Source: Hydrolagus colliei (taxonomy: Eukaryota). From it: a stretch of 40,109 nt of DNA. The stretch spans positions 496,001 through 536,109 of the forward strand of contig CM068769.1 of assembly GCA_035084275.1 (NCBI GenBank). Reading direction: 5' to 3'. The notes beneath the pieces are model-generated. The model was not told where the DNA came from, did no database searches, and saw only the letters and a list, made by a program, of their open reading frames with translations. Below are positions 1-10,609 of the stretch, piece by piece. The translations under genes were made by a program, and so were the position numbers. Position 1 is the stretch's first letter. Every line of letters starts with the position of its first letter.

Positions 1-554
1 CCATTCACAGGCTGCAGGTCACCCAAAACTCCGCAGCCCGTGTATTATCCCGCACCCGCCTCCGCGAACATATAACCCCCACTCTCGCCCATCTCCACTG
101 GCTCCGCATCCTCCAGAGGATCGAGTTCAAGATTCTCGTCTTCACCTTCAAGGCCTTACACGACCTTGCCCCGCACTATTTCACCGAATTACTCTCCCCC
201 TACAAGCCCACCCGGACCCTCCGTTCAGCAGGACTTAGCTTGCTCGAAGTCCCCCTGCCGAACCTCCCCACCATCGGAGGCCGGGCCTTCAGTTTTTCTT
301 CTCCGTCCCTATGGAAGTACATCCCCCAATCTCTCCTTCTCGTTTCTTCCCTTTCCTCTTTCAAGGACGGTTTGAAGACTTTCCTCTTCGACCGTGCCTT
401 TTGTTCCACCCCGAATTCTTCGACCTCCCCTACTTGTTTCACCCCTTCCCGTACACTCCCATCTCAGCTCGGGTCACACGCCTCCTGTCAAGCACCTTGG
501 GACGTCCTCCCGACGTGAATGGCGCTTTATAAGTGTAATTTGTTGTTGTTGTTG
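1..554 (+). mobile_element. L2-clade LINE, 3' end of ORF2 plus 3' UTR and (GTT)n tail
   Basis: Translates to ...HITPTLAHLHWLRILQRIEFKILVFTFKALHDLAPHYFTELLSPYKPTRTLRS...GGRAFSFSSPSLW, typical of the L2 ORF2 C-terminus; ends gcaccttgggacgtcc...ggcgctttataagtgtaatttgttgttgttg. Confidence 0.85.
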
Positions 555-899
555 ATGTTTCTCTCTCCCATAAATACACAGTAAAATTACTTGACAATGT
601 ATTCTGTGAAGCGCTTTGAATCGCTTAGAGTAGACGTGAAAAGCGATATAGCGAATGCAAGTATTATTATCATTACTGCTGTTATTATCCACATGTCTTA
701 ATTCTAACAAACATGTATCACAATCTTCTATCGGTTGATTAATAAAAACATATAATACAGAGATAGTGATGCATTTCTTTTTCTTTAATTGTCTTGATAT
801 GAAGTAAATAAAGTGTAAGCTGTGGGGACAGTTAGCTTATGGTTTGTTACATGGTGTCTCACTGCTCTTTACTGATTCCCAGCGTTTGGTTGTGATGAG

Positions 900-938
900 G
901 GTTATTGTACGAGGCTTCCTATGATGTGTATCACTGTG
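900..938 (-). other. 23-bp-spacer recombination signal sequence of the supporting V
   Basis: Minus strand CACAGTG - 23 nt - ACAATAACC, directly after the V coding end. Confidence 0.93.
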
Positions 939-1234
939 GTGCAGACTGACTACACAGTGATACATAGCGGAGTCTGGTAGCTGCAGGCTGGCGATGGTGA
1001 AATGGCTGATTTTTTTGGCAGTGTCAAGAGAAGCAGAAATATGATCTCCAGTGGGGTTTCCTCCCTCTCCCAAAGGGCTTCTGTGGAGAAGGTATATCGG
1101 TGCCTCACCAGGGAACTGACAGTACCAGGAGACAATTAAATCCTGTCCACAGAATCCTGAGTATTGGCATTGTAAATCCACTCTCCCTCCAGCAATAGCC
1201 TTTATTTCAGGCGGTGACTGAGTAATTATCGATC
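939..1234 (-). CDS. TCR-delta V exon, leaderless 'supporting' V of a NAR-TCR cassette
   Basis: Acceptor ...ccacgtag|GA TCG (phase 1); SIITQSPPEIKAIAGGRVDLQCQYSGFCGQDLIVSWYCQFPGEAPIYLLH...ISHFTIASLQLPDSAMYHCVVSL; canonical Cys/Trp/Cys, extra Cys in CDR1; no leader exon found nearby; in frame with the J donor at 5824. Confidence 0.88.
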
Positions 1235-1799
1235 CTACGTGGAGGATATCACAGCATAGTGAGCATTGCAATGTCGTAGCATTGTACAGCAATGAAGGAG
1301 AACATTAGGAGAATTGTTTATATGCCAGCTCTTTGGGGCAACTGTCCAACTTTTCCCACTCCCATTGTTGCCCCATATTCTTGACACATTTTGCTTCTGC
1401 ATTACTCCACCTGTCCATTTCCACTTTAAAATGGATTGTTTAACATGCTTATGCAAGAATATCAGGGAGCGCGTTGCCGATTATCATAACTTTGAAATTT
1501 ATAACAAATTCTCTTGTTCTCCCGTTTGTTTCTTTTTTAAAAAAAACTTTAAAACACATGTCCTTTGATTACTGGCCAATGGAAACAGTTTCTATGCTCC
1601 ACTTTTATCAGATACTATTTTAACATTCATTGCGCTCAAGATAAATTGATCTCTTTGTATATGTCAATTGCTTCTTTGCTGTAACCATTCTATTAAATCG
1701 TCTTTCAATAATGTCCAAGACTTTAATATCCTTCTTACCCTGTCAATAAAAGACACTTTAGATCCACTTTTCATCTAAACCATACAGTTACTCTAATAA

Positions 1800-2230
1800 T
1801 AATACTTGCATTTGTTATAGCGCTTTTCATGTCCTCCAGCCGCCTCAAAAACCTTCAAAGAATATACTGTAAAGTGAATTGACTATACGTGAGTGGACGA
1901 AGCGCGGCACCCGAACAATAATAATACTATTATTACTGTTTTAATATAGGCGCTTTTCGCAACTTATCGACGTCACAAAGCGCTTCACAGAATACACTGT
2001 AAATTGGAATGATTCTATATTTGTGGGACAAACGCGGCAGCGAATTGCGCACAGCAGTGTTCCTCACAAACAGTCGTGGATTGGATTGACCAATGTATCT
2101 TTTTGTGGGATTTTTTCACGGATTATTATTAGACGTGTGGAGAAAGGTAACTTGCCCAAGGTTTCGCCCTAATCTTCCTGGATTCGAACACGGGTCTCAC
2201 GCTTGTAAGTGATTGCGATATCCACTGAGC
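1800..2230 (-). mobile_element. DeuSINE-like SINE copies (one partial, one near full length)
   Basis: Reverse complement of core GCGCAATTCGCTGCCGCGTTTGTCCCACAAATATAG...TGTGAAGCGCTTTG, with tRNA-like head (ttcgaacacgggtctc) near 2180-2230. Confidence 0.7.
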
Positions 2231-2590
2231 AAAAATCCACAATAAAATAGTTTGATTGATTCTATACGGGTTTGCTGTTGTAGATTGCACCCACTGAAGC
2301 CCTGGTTGTCTGTGATCATGGGAATGTTTAGCAGAGAATCAGATGTCGGTGTACACAGTTAACTCCGTTGAATTAAAGTTGAGTGAAATGGAATTCCCCT
2401 CTCTGAATGTCGTTACATTGACATCGCTGCTGGAGGAGGTGAATGAAGTCGCTGGCTTGTTTCCAAAATCAGTTTTGTCTCAGTCTGTTAGCCTCTAAAT
2501 GCAGTTTCATTTGTGCCAGAAGAAAACTGCTTTCCATAAAAAAGTGTTAAATAATTGCTTAAATATTTTTCTTTCTTTGTTTGTTCTTTT

Positions 2591-4878
2591 ATCTAGGGAA
2601 TAGTGACCACAATATCGTTAGATTCAGAATAATTATGGAAAGGGATAAGGAACGATCACAGGTGAGGACACTCAACTGGAAAAGGGCTAATTTCAATGAG
2701 TTGAGGTGGGACCTAGCCAAGGTGGATTGGAAAGAAAAATTGGCAGGTAAGACAACTAACGAGCAGTGGGCAGCGTTCAAAGAGGAGATAGTTCAGGCAC
2801 AGGTCAAAAGCATCCCCACAAAGGTGAAAAGTAAGGCATCCAAACCTCCCTGGATGACTAAGGAAATCGGGGCCAAAATCAAACAAAAAAAAGAGGCTTA
2901 TGATAAGTGTCAGGCTCAAAATTCAGAAGGGAACCAAGCAGAATATAGGAAGTGTAGGATAGAACTAAAAAAGGAAGTTAGAGGGGCAAAGAGACTGCAT
3001 GAAAAACAATTAGCGAGTAAGATTAAGGGGAACCCTAAGGTTTTTTACCAACATATTAAGAGTAAAAGGTTGGTCAAGGAGAGGGTGGGGCCAATTAGGG
3101 ACCTAGGAGGAAATCTCATTGTGGAGGCAGAGGGCATGGCTGATGTACTGAATGAGTACTTCGCCTCTGTCTTCACAAAAGAAAATGATACAGCCAATGC
3201 CATGGTATTAGAGGAGAGGGTAGGAGAAATGGATAGAATAATTATAACCAGAGAGGAAGTGCTAAAAAGGTTGACGTCGCTCAAGGTGGATAAGTCACCT
3301 GGTCCGGATGGGATGCACCCTAGGTTACTAAGTGAGGCACGGGAGCAAATAGCAGGGACTCTGGCCACGATCTTTCAATCTTCCTTGGACACAGGGGTCG
3401 TGCCAGAGGACTGGAGGATAGCTAATGTTACTCCCTTGTATAAAAAGGGGCAGAAGGACAAGCCTGGTAACTACAGACCAGTCAGTCTAACGTCGGTAGT
3501 GGGCAAAATTCTAGAGTCCATAATCAGGGACAAGGTAGATCTTCACTTAGAAAGATATAGGCTAATAAAGGACAGTCAACATGGATTTGTTAAAGGCAAA
3601 TCTTGCCTTACAAATCTGATAGAATTTTTTGATGAGGTAACGGAATGGGTGGATAATGGTAGCGCAGTTGATGTAGTTTACATGGACTTTCAAAAGGCAT
3701 TTGACAAAGTGCCACATGAGAGACTTATTAAGAAATTAAAGGCCCATGGCGTAAAAGGGACAGTGGCAGCGTGGATCCACAACTGGCTGCGAGACAGAAA
3801 GCAGAGAGTTGTAGTGAGCGGCTGTTTTTCAGATTGGAGGGAAGTGAGCAGTGGTGTGCCACAGGGATCGGTTTTGGGACCATTGCTGTTTGTAATCTAC
3901 ATCAATGATCTGGACTTGGGTGTACGGAGTACAGTTTCCAAGTTTGCAGATGACACTAAGTTAGGGAGAATAGTAAACAGTGAGGAGGATAGTAGCCATC
4001 TGCAAGAGGATATAGACAAATTGGTAAAGTGGGCAGACACATGGCAGATGAAGTTTAATGCAGAGAAGTGTGAGGTGATGCATTTTGGGAGAAGAAATGA
4101 AGGGAGGCAATATAGGCTAGATAGTACAATTTTAAATGGTGTGAAGGAACAGAGAGACCTGGGGATTTGTGTTAGTGACTCGTTGAAGGTGGCAGGACAG
4201 GTAGACAAGGCTGTTAAGAAGGCATATGGGATACTAGGCTTTATAAATAGGGGTATAGAGTACAAAAGTCAGGAAGTGCTGACTAACCTCTATAGGACTT
4301 TGGTGAGGCCTCAGCTGGAATACTGTGTTCAATTCTGGTCACCACACTACAGAAAGGATGTGAAGGCATTGGAAAGGGTACAACGAAGATTTACTAGGAT
4401 GGTGCCAGGATTGAGGGACTTCAGCTATGAGGAGAGGCTAGATAGGCTAGGGTTATTCTCTCTGGAGCAGAGAAGATTGAGGGGAGACCTAATAGAGGTT
4501 TATAAGATCATGAGGGGTTTCGACAGGGCAAATAGAGAAAAACTATTTCCACTCGTGGGTGAATCTGTGACTCGTGGTCACAGATTTAAAATAGTTTCAA
4601 GGCGCAGTAGAGGGGAGCTGAGGAGAAATTTTTTCACTCAGCGAGTTGTTCGAATCTGGAATGCATTGCCTGAAAAGGTGGTGGAGGCTGATTCGATAAC
4701 AACTTTTAAAAGGGAATTAGATCTTTATTTAGGAAGAACGGGTCTATTAGGCTATGGGGAGCGGGCAGGGCAATGGGATTGAATCGCTCTTTTCAAAGAG
4801 CCGGCACAGACTAGATGGGCCGAATGGCCTCCTTTTGTGCCGTAAAATTCTATGATTCTATGATTCTATGATTCTATG
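2591..4878 (+). mobile_element. CR1-clade LINE, 5'-truncated, uninterrupted reverse transcriptase region, (TTCTATGA)n tail
   Basis: ORF 2581-4782 with KSPGPDG, NYRPVSLTS, YMDFQKAFDKV, GVPQGSVLGPLLF, KFADD, LEYCVQFWSP; begins at GNSDHN at the end of the endonuclease domain; octamer tail 4849-4878. Confidence 0.96.
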
Positions 4879-4960
4879 TTTATTTGTTTGTTTATTTGTT
4901 TCCTTCTTTGATTCTTTCCGTGTTTCTTTCCGTGTTTCTTTCCGTGTTTCTTTCCGTGTT
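4879..4960. repeat. Simple repeats (TTTG-like, then 12-mer TTTCTTTCCGTG) running into assembly gap 4961-5171
   Basis: Direct reading; N-run of 211 nt follows. Confidence 0.9.
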
Positions 4961-5823
4961 NNNNNNNNNNNNNNNNNNNNNNNNNNNNNNNNNNNNNNNN
5001 NNNNNNNNNNNNNNNNNNNNNNNNNNNNNNNNNNNNNNNNNNNNNNNNNNNNNNNNNNNNNNNNNNNNNNNNNNNNNNNNNNNNNNNNNNNNNNNNNNNN
5101 NNNNNNNNNNNNNNNNNNNNNNNNNNNNNNNNNNNNNNNNNNNNNNNNNNNNNNNNNNNNNNNNNNNNNNNACTCTATCAAATCTATCTCTCTCCCCTTC
5201 CTCTCTCTAATTTACCTTAGATGCTTTCTACACGTGTATTTGCTTACATTTTGGCAAAATACCGTGTTTTCGTATGAATGAATAGTTAGTTGCTTGTTTC
5301 TGTAGAATATGATATAGTTCAGTTGGAACACTCAACTTCCATACAGAGGGGAAATTGGTGAACATTTCAAGTTATCGACCTCGCTTCAGACAAGCCTTGG
5401 TTTGAATAGAACAATTTATAGCATGTTTCATGTTGGAGACATTTCATTGAGAGTTGACTTCTCGATGGAATCGAGGCAGAGAGTGTATATAATATGGCAC
5501 TGGAACTCACGTATCCTGCATCAATCATTTGTCTGAATTTACAGATAAATTATGTATCTAGGCATGTTCCTTTTTAAACCATCTCCAGAAAAAGTGCAAT
5601 GGCATAAAACCAAAAATGGAGTTGATGCAGTTCATCTTAGCGGGAGCTGTCTAGTCTTTTAAAATCACACGCATATCTTTTGTTTTTCAAAAGGCGGTCA
5701 AGGGGAATGTTGGAAAGACACATTTGAAAATAACTAGGCAATTTGTTAAAATTAAGCAGTGCATTTTAGAAATTCAAGTAACAAATGTTTCGTTTTATTT
5801 CGGTAGAATTTATTCTCACTTAC

Positions 5824-5879
5824 GTTTTGTTACTGTGACTTTGGTTCCTGATCCATCTAAGGTATATTCCGCCCAAGGA
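5824..5879 (-). CDS. NAR-TCR J segment
   Basis: T CCT TGG GCG GAA TAT ACC TTA GAT GGA TCA GGA ACC AAA GTC ACA GTA ACA AAA C|GTAAGT = PWAEYTLDGSGTKVTVTK; DGxGT motif as in NAR-type J; phase-1 donor; preceded by RSS heptamer. Confidence 0.9.
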
Positions 5880-5918
5880 CACAGTAACACAGCTCTCGTA
5901 ATACAAGGCGCAAAATAT
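5880..5918 (-). other. 5' RSS of the J, best fit 23-bp spacer
   Basis: Plus strand CACAGTA (5880-5886) - 23 nt - GCAAAATAT (5910-5918); the 12-spacer alternative gives no nonamer (TAATACAAG). Confidence 0.7.
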
Positions 5919-6233
5919 ATTCTATCTGATTATGATTGAATACTGCCACGAAGTAAAAATAAATGGTAACAAGTTAGTTGTTAGTTTCTACATTTCTACC
6001 ACTTTGTCATCAAAATACATGCATCGTGTCCAAATTTGGTTTAATTTCAATGTAATTTCCACCCATCACGAACAAATTGCCTCGCCCAGAAAACATATAT
6101 CAGTAAATAATTCTAGAGTTGTCTGCTTCAAATGGCTAATTCAGAAAGCAAACGTCTGACAAATACAGCGCAATAAAACATGGAACAGCAATTAGTGTTG
6201 ATGTGCAATGTAATTCCATATAAACAGCCGCAC

Positions 6234-6306
6234 GGTATTTGTGCTGATGGATTCCAATGTGGCTTTCCAAATGGCCAGCACAGTATTTGCTGTCAACACA
6301 AATATA
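6234..6306 (-). other. NAR-TCR D segment (6262-6278, CTGGCCATTTGGAAAGC) flanked by two 12-bp-spacer RSSs
   Basis: 3' RSS on minus strand CACATTG-12-ACAAATACC (6234-6261); 5' RSS read on plus strand CACAGTA-12-ACAAATATA (6279-6306); lies between V and J. Confidence 0.9.
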
Positions 6307-6631
6307 GTATTTTGCAAAAACAGTGTAACACTATCTGGTCAAGTACAATTTATCAATAAATAATATCACGTGTACAAATATTTTGAAGATATTCCTATTC
6401 AGATTTGATATGTCGTCTATTCGATATACATAAACTGCGATATATGCCAATTGCACTCACATTCAACGTCTTTTAACACTACCTACATTTTCCTAAGTGT
6501 TCACCAATAATGCTTGTCAGTCGAAGAGAGTGTTAGTAAACACCATTCACATCTCAACACAATGGAAAATGTGCACTGAATTAATTGACAAAGTCACATT
6601 GACTGTGTGTTGTCTTTGAATTGACGAAGAG

Positions 6632-6669
6632 GCTTTTTGTATTGTTGGAAGCCTAGATGCAGCATCGTG
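6632..6669 (-). other. RSS of the NAR-like V (22-nt spacer, 23-type)
   Basis: Minus strand CACGATG - 22 nt - ACAAAAAGC. Confidence 0.8.
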
Positions 6670-6958
6670 TTGTCCCACAGGTAATGAGATGTACATCTGT
6701 AGGTAGCGCTGTCTGCTACTTGCAAATCATTAATTTCCAGCGTGGATGTCTTTGTTCCCACTTTGATAACATCAAACCGGCTTTCGCGAGGGATGGACAT
6801 CCAATCTCCTCCATTTGGAAACTGCCTTTGAAATGCCAAGCTAATGGAGCTGTAGTACCCACGATTCCCTTCTGCAAAGACGCAGTTGATGGTCAAAGAA
6901 TCACATTCTTCTTTGGTAATTGAAGTTGGTGTCTGTGTTAGGGTCTGACTGAAAACAT
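6670..6958 (-). CDS. IgNAR-like V exon (NAR-TCR distal V domain)
   Basis: Acceptor tgtttcag|AT GTT; VFSQTLTQTPTSITKEECDSLTINCVFAEGNRGYYSSISLAFQRQFPNGGDWMSIPRESRFDVIKVGTKTSTLEINDLQVADSATYRCTSHYLWD; QTP-S-TKE--SLTINCV, SI----RF and INDL-V-DS-TYRC match VNAR; short FR2-CDR2 region as in VNAR. Confidence 0.9.
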
Positions 6959-7332
6959 CTGAAACATACACAACATGACATCAGGTTAATACAGGCACAA
7001 CCCTGACCTGTACCATTAGCAGCAAATCCTGATGCTTGGCATGAGTTGAATTGATTTCAATTAATACAATAATTATATAATTATACTATCATGTTTATTT
7101 AATAAAATACAAGCAGAACAGATTAATCGATAGCAATCGGCTGCTTCTTTTCGCCCGCAAAATAAAAAACAAGTACGGTCACTTCGTCATGCAACATACA
7201 CTGTGAAGCGCTTTAAGACGTTTCATCGATGTGACAAGCCTCTGTATCAAAGCAAGCAATAATGTAAATTATTGTAAGGCACAGGGTAACGATGGTATTC
7301 ACTCGTGCCGTGTAATTGGAACAAAAACTCAC

Positions 7333-7375
7333 GTTGTAAGAAGTGGAAGGCGATGGAGACAGAGATGAGATGCAT
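7333..7375 (-). CDS. Probable leader exon of the NAR-like V
   Basis: ATG...MHLISVSIAFHFLQ C|GTGAGT, 43 nt, phase 1, splices in frame to 6958 giving MHLISVSIAFHFLQHVFS^QTLTQ; CRE-like TGACGTGA at 7494-7501. Confidence 0.6.
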
Positions 7376-7499
7376 TCTTTACTCGCTGGACAACTGAATG
7401 ACTGTGTGTAACACAGGGATGTTCTGTAGCAGCTTTAGAGACTAAATTATACTTGTATAGAATCTTTCCCGTCAGGAGAATCACATTATCGTGTGACGT

Positions 7500-8440
7500 G
7501 ATGGCCGGTGATAGCGTAATTGGGGTTGGAGGAGGGCGGGGCGAGAACCTAGTTAAGGAAAGGGTGTACACAAACTGTGTAAGTGGGCAGGGGGCAGAAG
7601 GGGATGATTTGGGGGTGATTGTTGAACAAAATGGGCAATTGGCGAGGGCAGTGATAGGAAAGTAAGTGAAGAGACTTCCAGAGGGTAAACGGCGGCGTGA
7701 TGTAGAGAGGGCCTTTGTTGTGAGTTGGTAAAGACAAATTAGCAACGACAGCAACAAAATTAGATTGATCGAGCACTCTTCACATCGGGAAGAGGTCACA
7801 ATGAGCTGTACATCGAGGTCGGGAACAGCGAATTAGGGCAAAGTATCAGTGTACTTGTTAGCGGAAGAAGAGTAGGAATGAGTGGGAGTGAGGAGGGGGA
7901 GTTGGAGAGAGTTGGGACGGGAGGGAGAGTGTCATGTGGCTTATGAGAGAGTTGGAAGAATTGGTAGAGACTTGGGAAGTGAAGGAGAGAGTTGGCAGAG
8001 GAGGGAGAGAGTTTGCAGGAAGAGAGTTTTGGAAATGAGGGAGAGAATTGAGACGATGAGAGAGGTGGAGGGAGAAGAAGAAAGTTGGGAGCGGAAGAAG
8101 AGTGTTGGGCGGGATGGGAGAGAGTTGTGAGTGGGAGGGAAAGAATTGGGAGGGGAGATAGCAGGGATTGGAGGGAATTGGGAGGGGAGGTAGAGAATTG
8201 TAGAGCAGGGAGAGAGTAGGGCATGGAGGCAGAGAGTTGGGAGGGGAGAGGAAGATATTTGGGAGGGGAGGGGGATTGTTTGCAAGGGAGCGCGAAAGGG
8301 TTGAGAGGGCAGATGATGTGTGAGGAGGTGAAACTAGAAACTAGGGTAAAGGCATTGTGTGTGCGTACAGTGGCTGGAGTCGTATGTGGGAGAGAGAGTA
8401 ATGGAGGGCTGCAGTGGGACACAGTGAAAGAAGATTTGGC
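7500..8440 (-). mobile_element. Decayed L2-like LINE internal fragment
   Basis: Pyrimidine-rich minus strand; fragments such as PKSSPSAPCPLTQ resemble the L2 ORF2 segment before the RT; broken frames. Confidence 0.55.
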
Positions 8441-10609
8441 AGCTAATGGATCAATTGAAACGTTTCAAAACTTATCAGCTGCTGTACCAAGTTAGACCGT
8501 TTGTAGCATAAATATTTATATTAAATCTCGGCCAGTCCATCTCTCTGCCTAAGTCTCTGTCTTTCAAATGGAGGGCAGTTGTGGAGAAAATTATTTACTG
8601 ATTTACCTAGCTGCAATTAGGAACCCGCTTATTTGTCGTTTGTCCAGTGGCTTTGGACGGTAAAAAGCGTCTTCAAAATAATATTAATAATTGCGTGATC
8701 GCTGATTCCACGATTGAGTGTTGGACCTCGATGTTCATAATAGTCGGCAAATTTTGTCCACCAAACACACAACAACAACTTATATTTATATAGCGCCCTT
8801 CAAGCCGGATGGCGTCTCAGAGCGCTTCAGAATAAAGGTATAAGTCAAGGACAGCGGGAGAAAGGTGACCGAATGTGACACATTCAATACTCTTGTAACC
8901 TGTCAAGCGCTTGGAGCCCTCTCGATCAAGTAATCAGCTGGTATATAAAATGTCAGCATTAGGACTATCATGTTGTTTATCCTAACAGAGTGTAATCCAC
9001 TTTCCAACTGGCATTTGTATTAAGTATGGAGATGGTTGAGGGGATGTGAGCAGGAGACGATCGCTTGTGGACATAGACGTTTCACATCATTTTTGGTTTC
9101 ATGATGAAGAGTGAGGAGAATGCAGTTTGCGGCTTTGTGTGTGAAAGTGGTGATATTATCGATGATTCTGGAGACAATTTATTGATGTTAATCATAATAA
9201 TCATTGGATGTCATATTGTGATTTATCACGTACTCGAGACGCCTCCAAGCGCTTCACAGAAAGTGCAGTATAACGGAGTGACTTTGTGTTTTGGGGGTGA
9301 AACATTACGCAATGATTCACTGCAGCATCTCACGGACAGCAGTATATGGAATGATCAAGTTCTTGGATAATATATATTGATTGCATTTTTTGAGCAAATT
9401 ATTATTTCATTTCTTTTCATTGAAATATTTATTTATTTTTGTTAAATTCTTACTTAATTATTCAGAATTGTTGTTGTGTTTTGGTTCACATGCACTTATT
9501 ATTTATTATTTAATGTATTTTTTTCACGTCTGTCTTTAATTATATTTTTATTTAGGAAACAATGACTTTGTTTCTGTGCTTATTCGCCTGATTCGTTTGT
9601 TCGCTTGTTTACTTTTCGAAGGATAATTTCCAGTGGAACATGACTCGCCAATCGACAAACACCGGGTTCCTATTTACTGTTTAGTAAAGGCACGTGTCAT
9701 AACGAAACTTTCTCTAGGTTTCGTCTAGCCTGTGAATCAAACGCAAGACCTCTCGCTTGTGAGATAGGACCTCTCGCCATCAAATTAGAGCACTCCACAT
9801 TATTTGTTAGATGGCGGCATCTAGTGATGGTTCAGGAGAATGACAGCGAATGGTTTGAGTTCATAGATTCATCGAATTTTACGGCTCAAAAGGAGGCCAT
9901 TCGGCCCATCTAGTCTGTGCCGGCTCTTTGAAAAGAGCGATTTAATCCCACTGCCCTGCCCGCTCCCCATAGCCTAATAGACCTGTTCTCCCTAAATAAA
10001 GATCTAATTCCCTTTTAAAAGTTGTTATCGAATCAGTCTCCACCACCTTTTCAGGCAATGCATTCCAGATTCGAACAACTCGCTGAGTGAAAAAATTTCT
10101 CCTCAGCTCCCCTCTACTTCGCCTTGAAACTATTTTAAATCTGTGACCACGAGTCACAGATTCGCCCACGAGTGGAAATAGTTTTTCTCTATTTGCCCTG
10201 TCGAATCCCCTCATGATTTTATAAACCTCTATTAGGTCTCCCCTCAATCTTCTCTGCTCCAGAGAGAATAACCCTAGCCTATCTAGCCTCTCCTCATAGC
10301 TGAAGTCCCTCAATCCTGGTACCATCCTAGTAAATCTTCTTTGTAACCTTTCCAATGTCTTCACATCCTTTCTGTAATGTGGTGACCAGAATTGAACACA
10401 GTATTCCAGCTGAGGCCTCACCAAAGTCTTATAGAGGTTAGTCAACAGTTCCTGACTTTTGTACTCAATACCCCTATTTATAAAGCCTAGTATCCCATAT
10501 GCCTTCTTAACAGCCTTGTCTACCTGTCCTGCCACCTTCAACGAGTCACTAACACAAATCCCCAGGTCTCTCTGTTCCTCCACACCATTTAAAATTTTAC
10601 TATCTAGCC

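Noticed and set aside
1235-1460. A leader exon for the V at 939-1234 (ORF 837-1292 extends upstream; ATGs near 1305 and 1415)
   Set aside because: The ATG frames hit stops or lack a hydrophobic signal with a phase-1 donor, and the ORF extension is intron. A more distant leader cannot be fully excluded.
6262-6821. 11-nt inverted match between the D (tttccaaatgg) and NAR V FR2 (ccatttggaaa)
   Set aside because: Short, found after the fact, and no mechanism evident.
7008-7042. Alternative NAR V leader ATGCCAAGC...CAG|GTCAGG
   Set aside because: In-frame TAA, wrong phase, and a 49-nt intron.
7796-8495. Long Ser/Pro/Leu-rich or Gly/Glu-rich ORFs (also 10652-11144, 19742-20231, 27601-28077)
   Set aside because: Products of strand-biased L2 remnants, low-complexity tracts or the minisatellite; not host genes.
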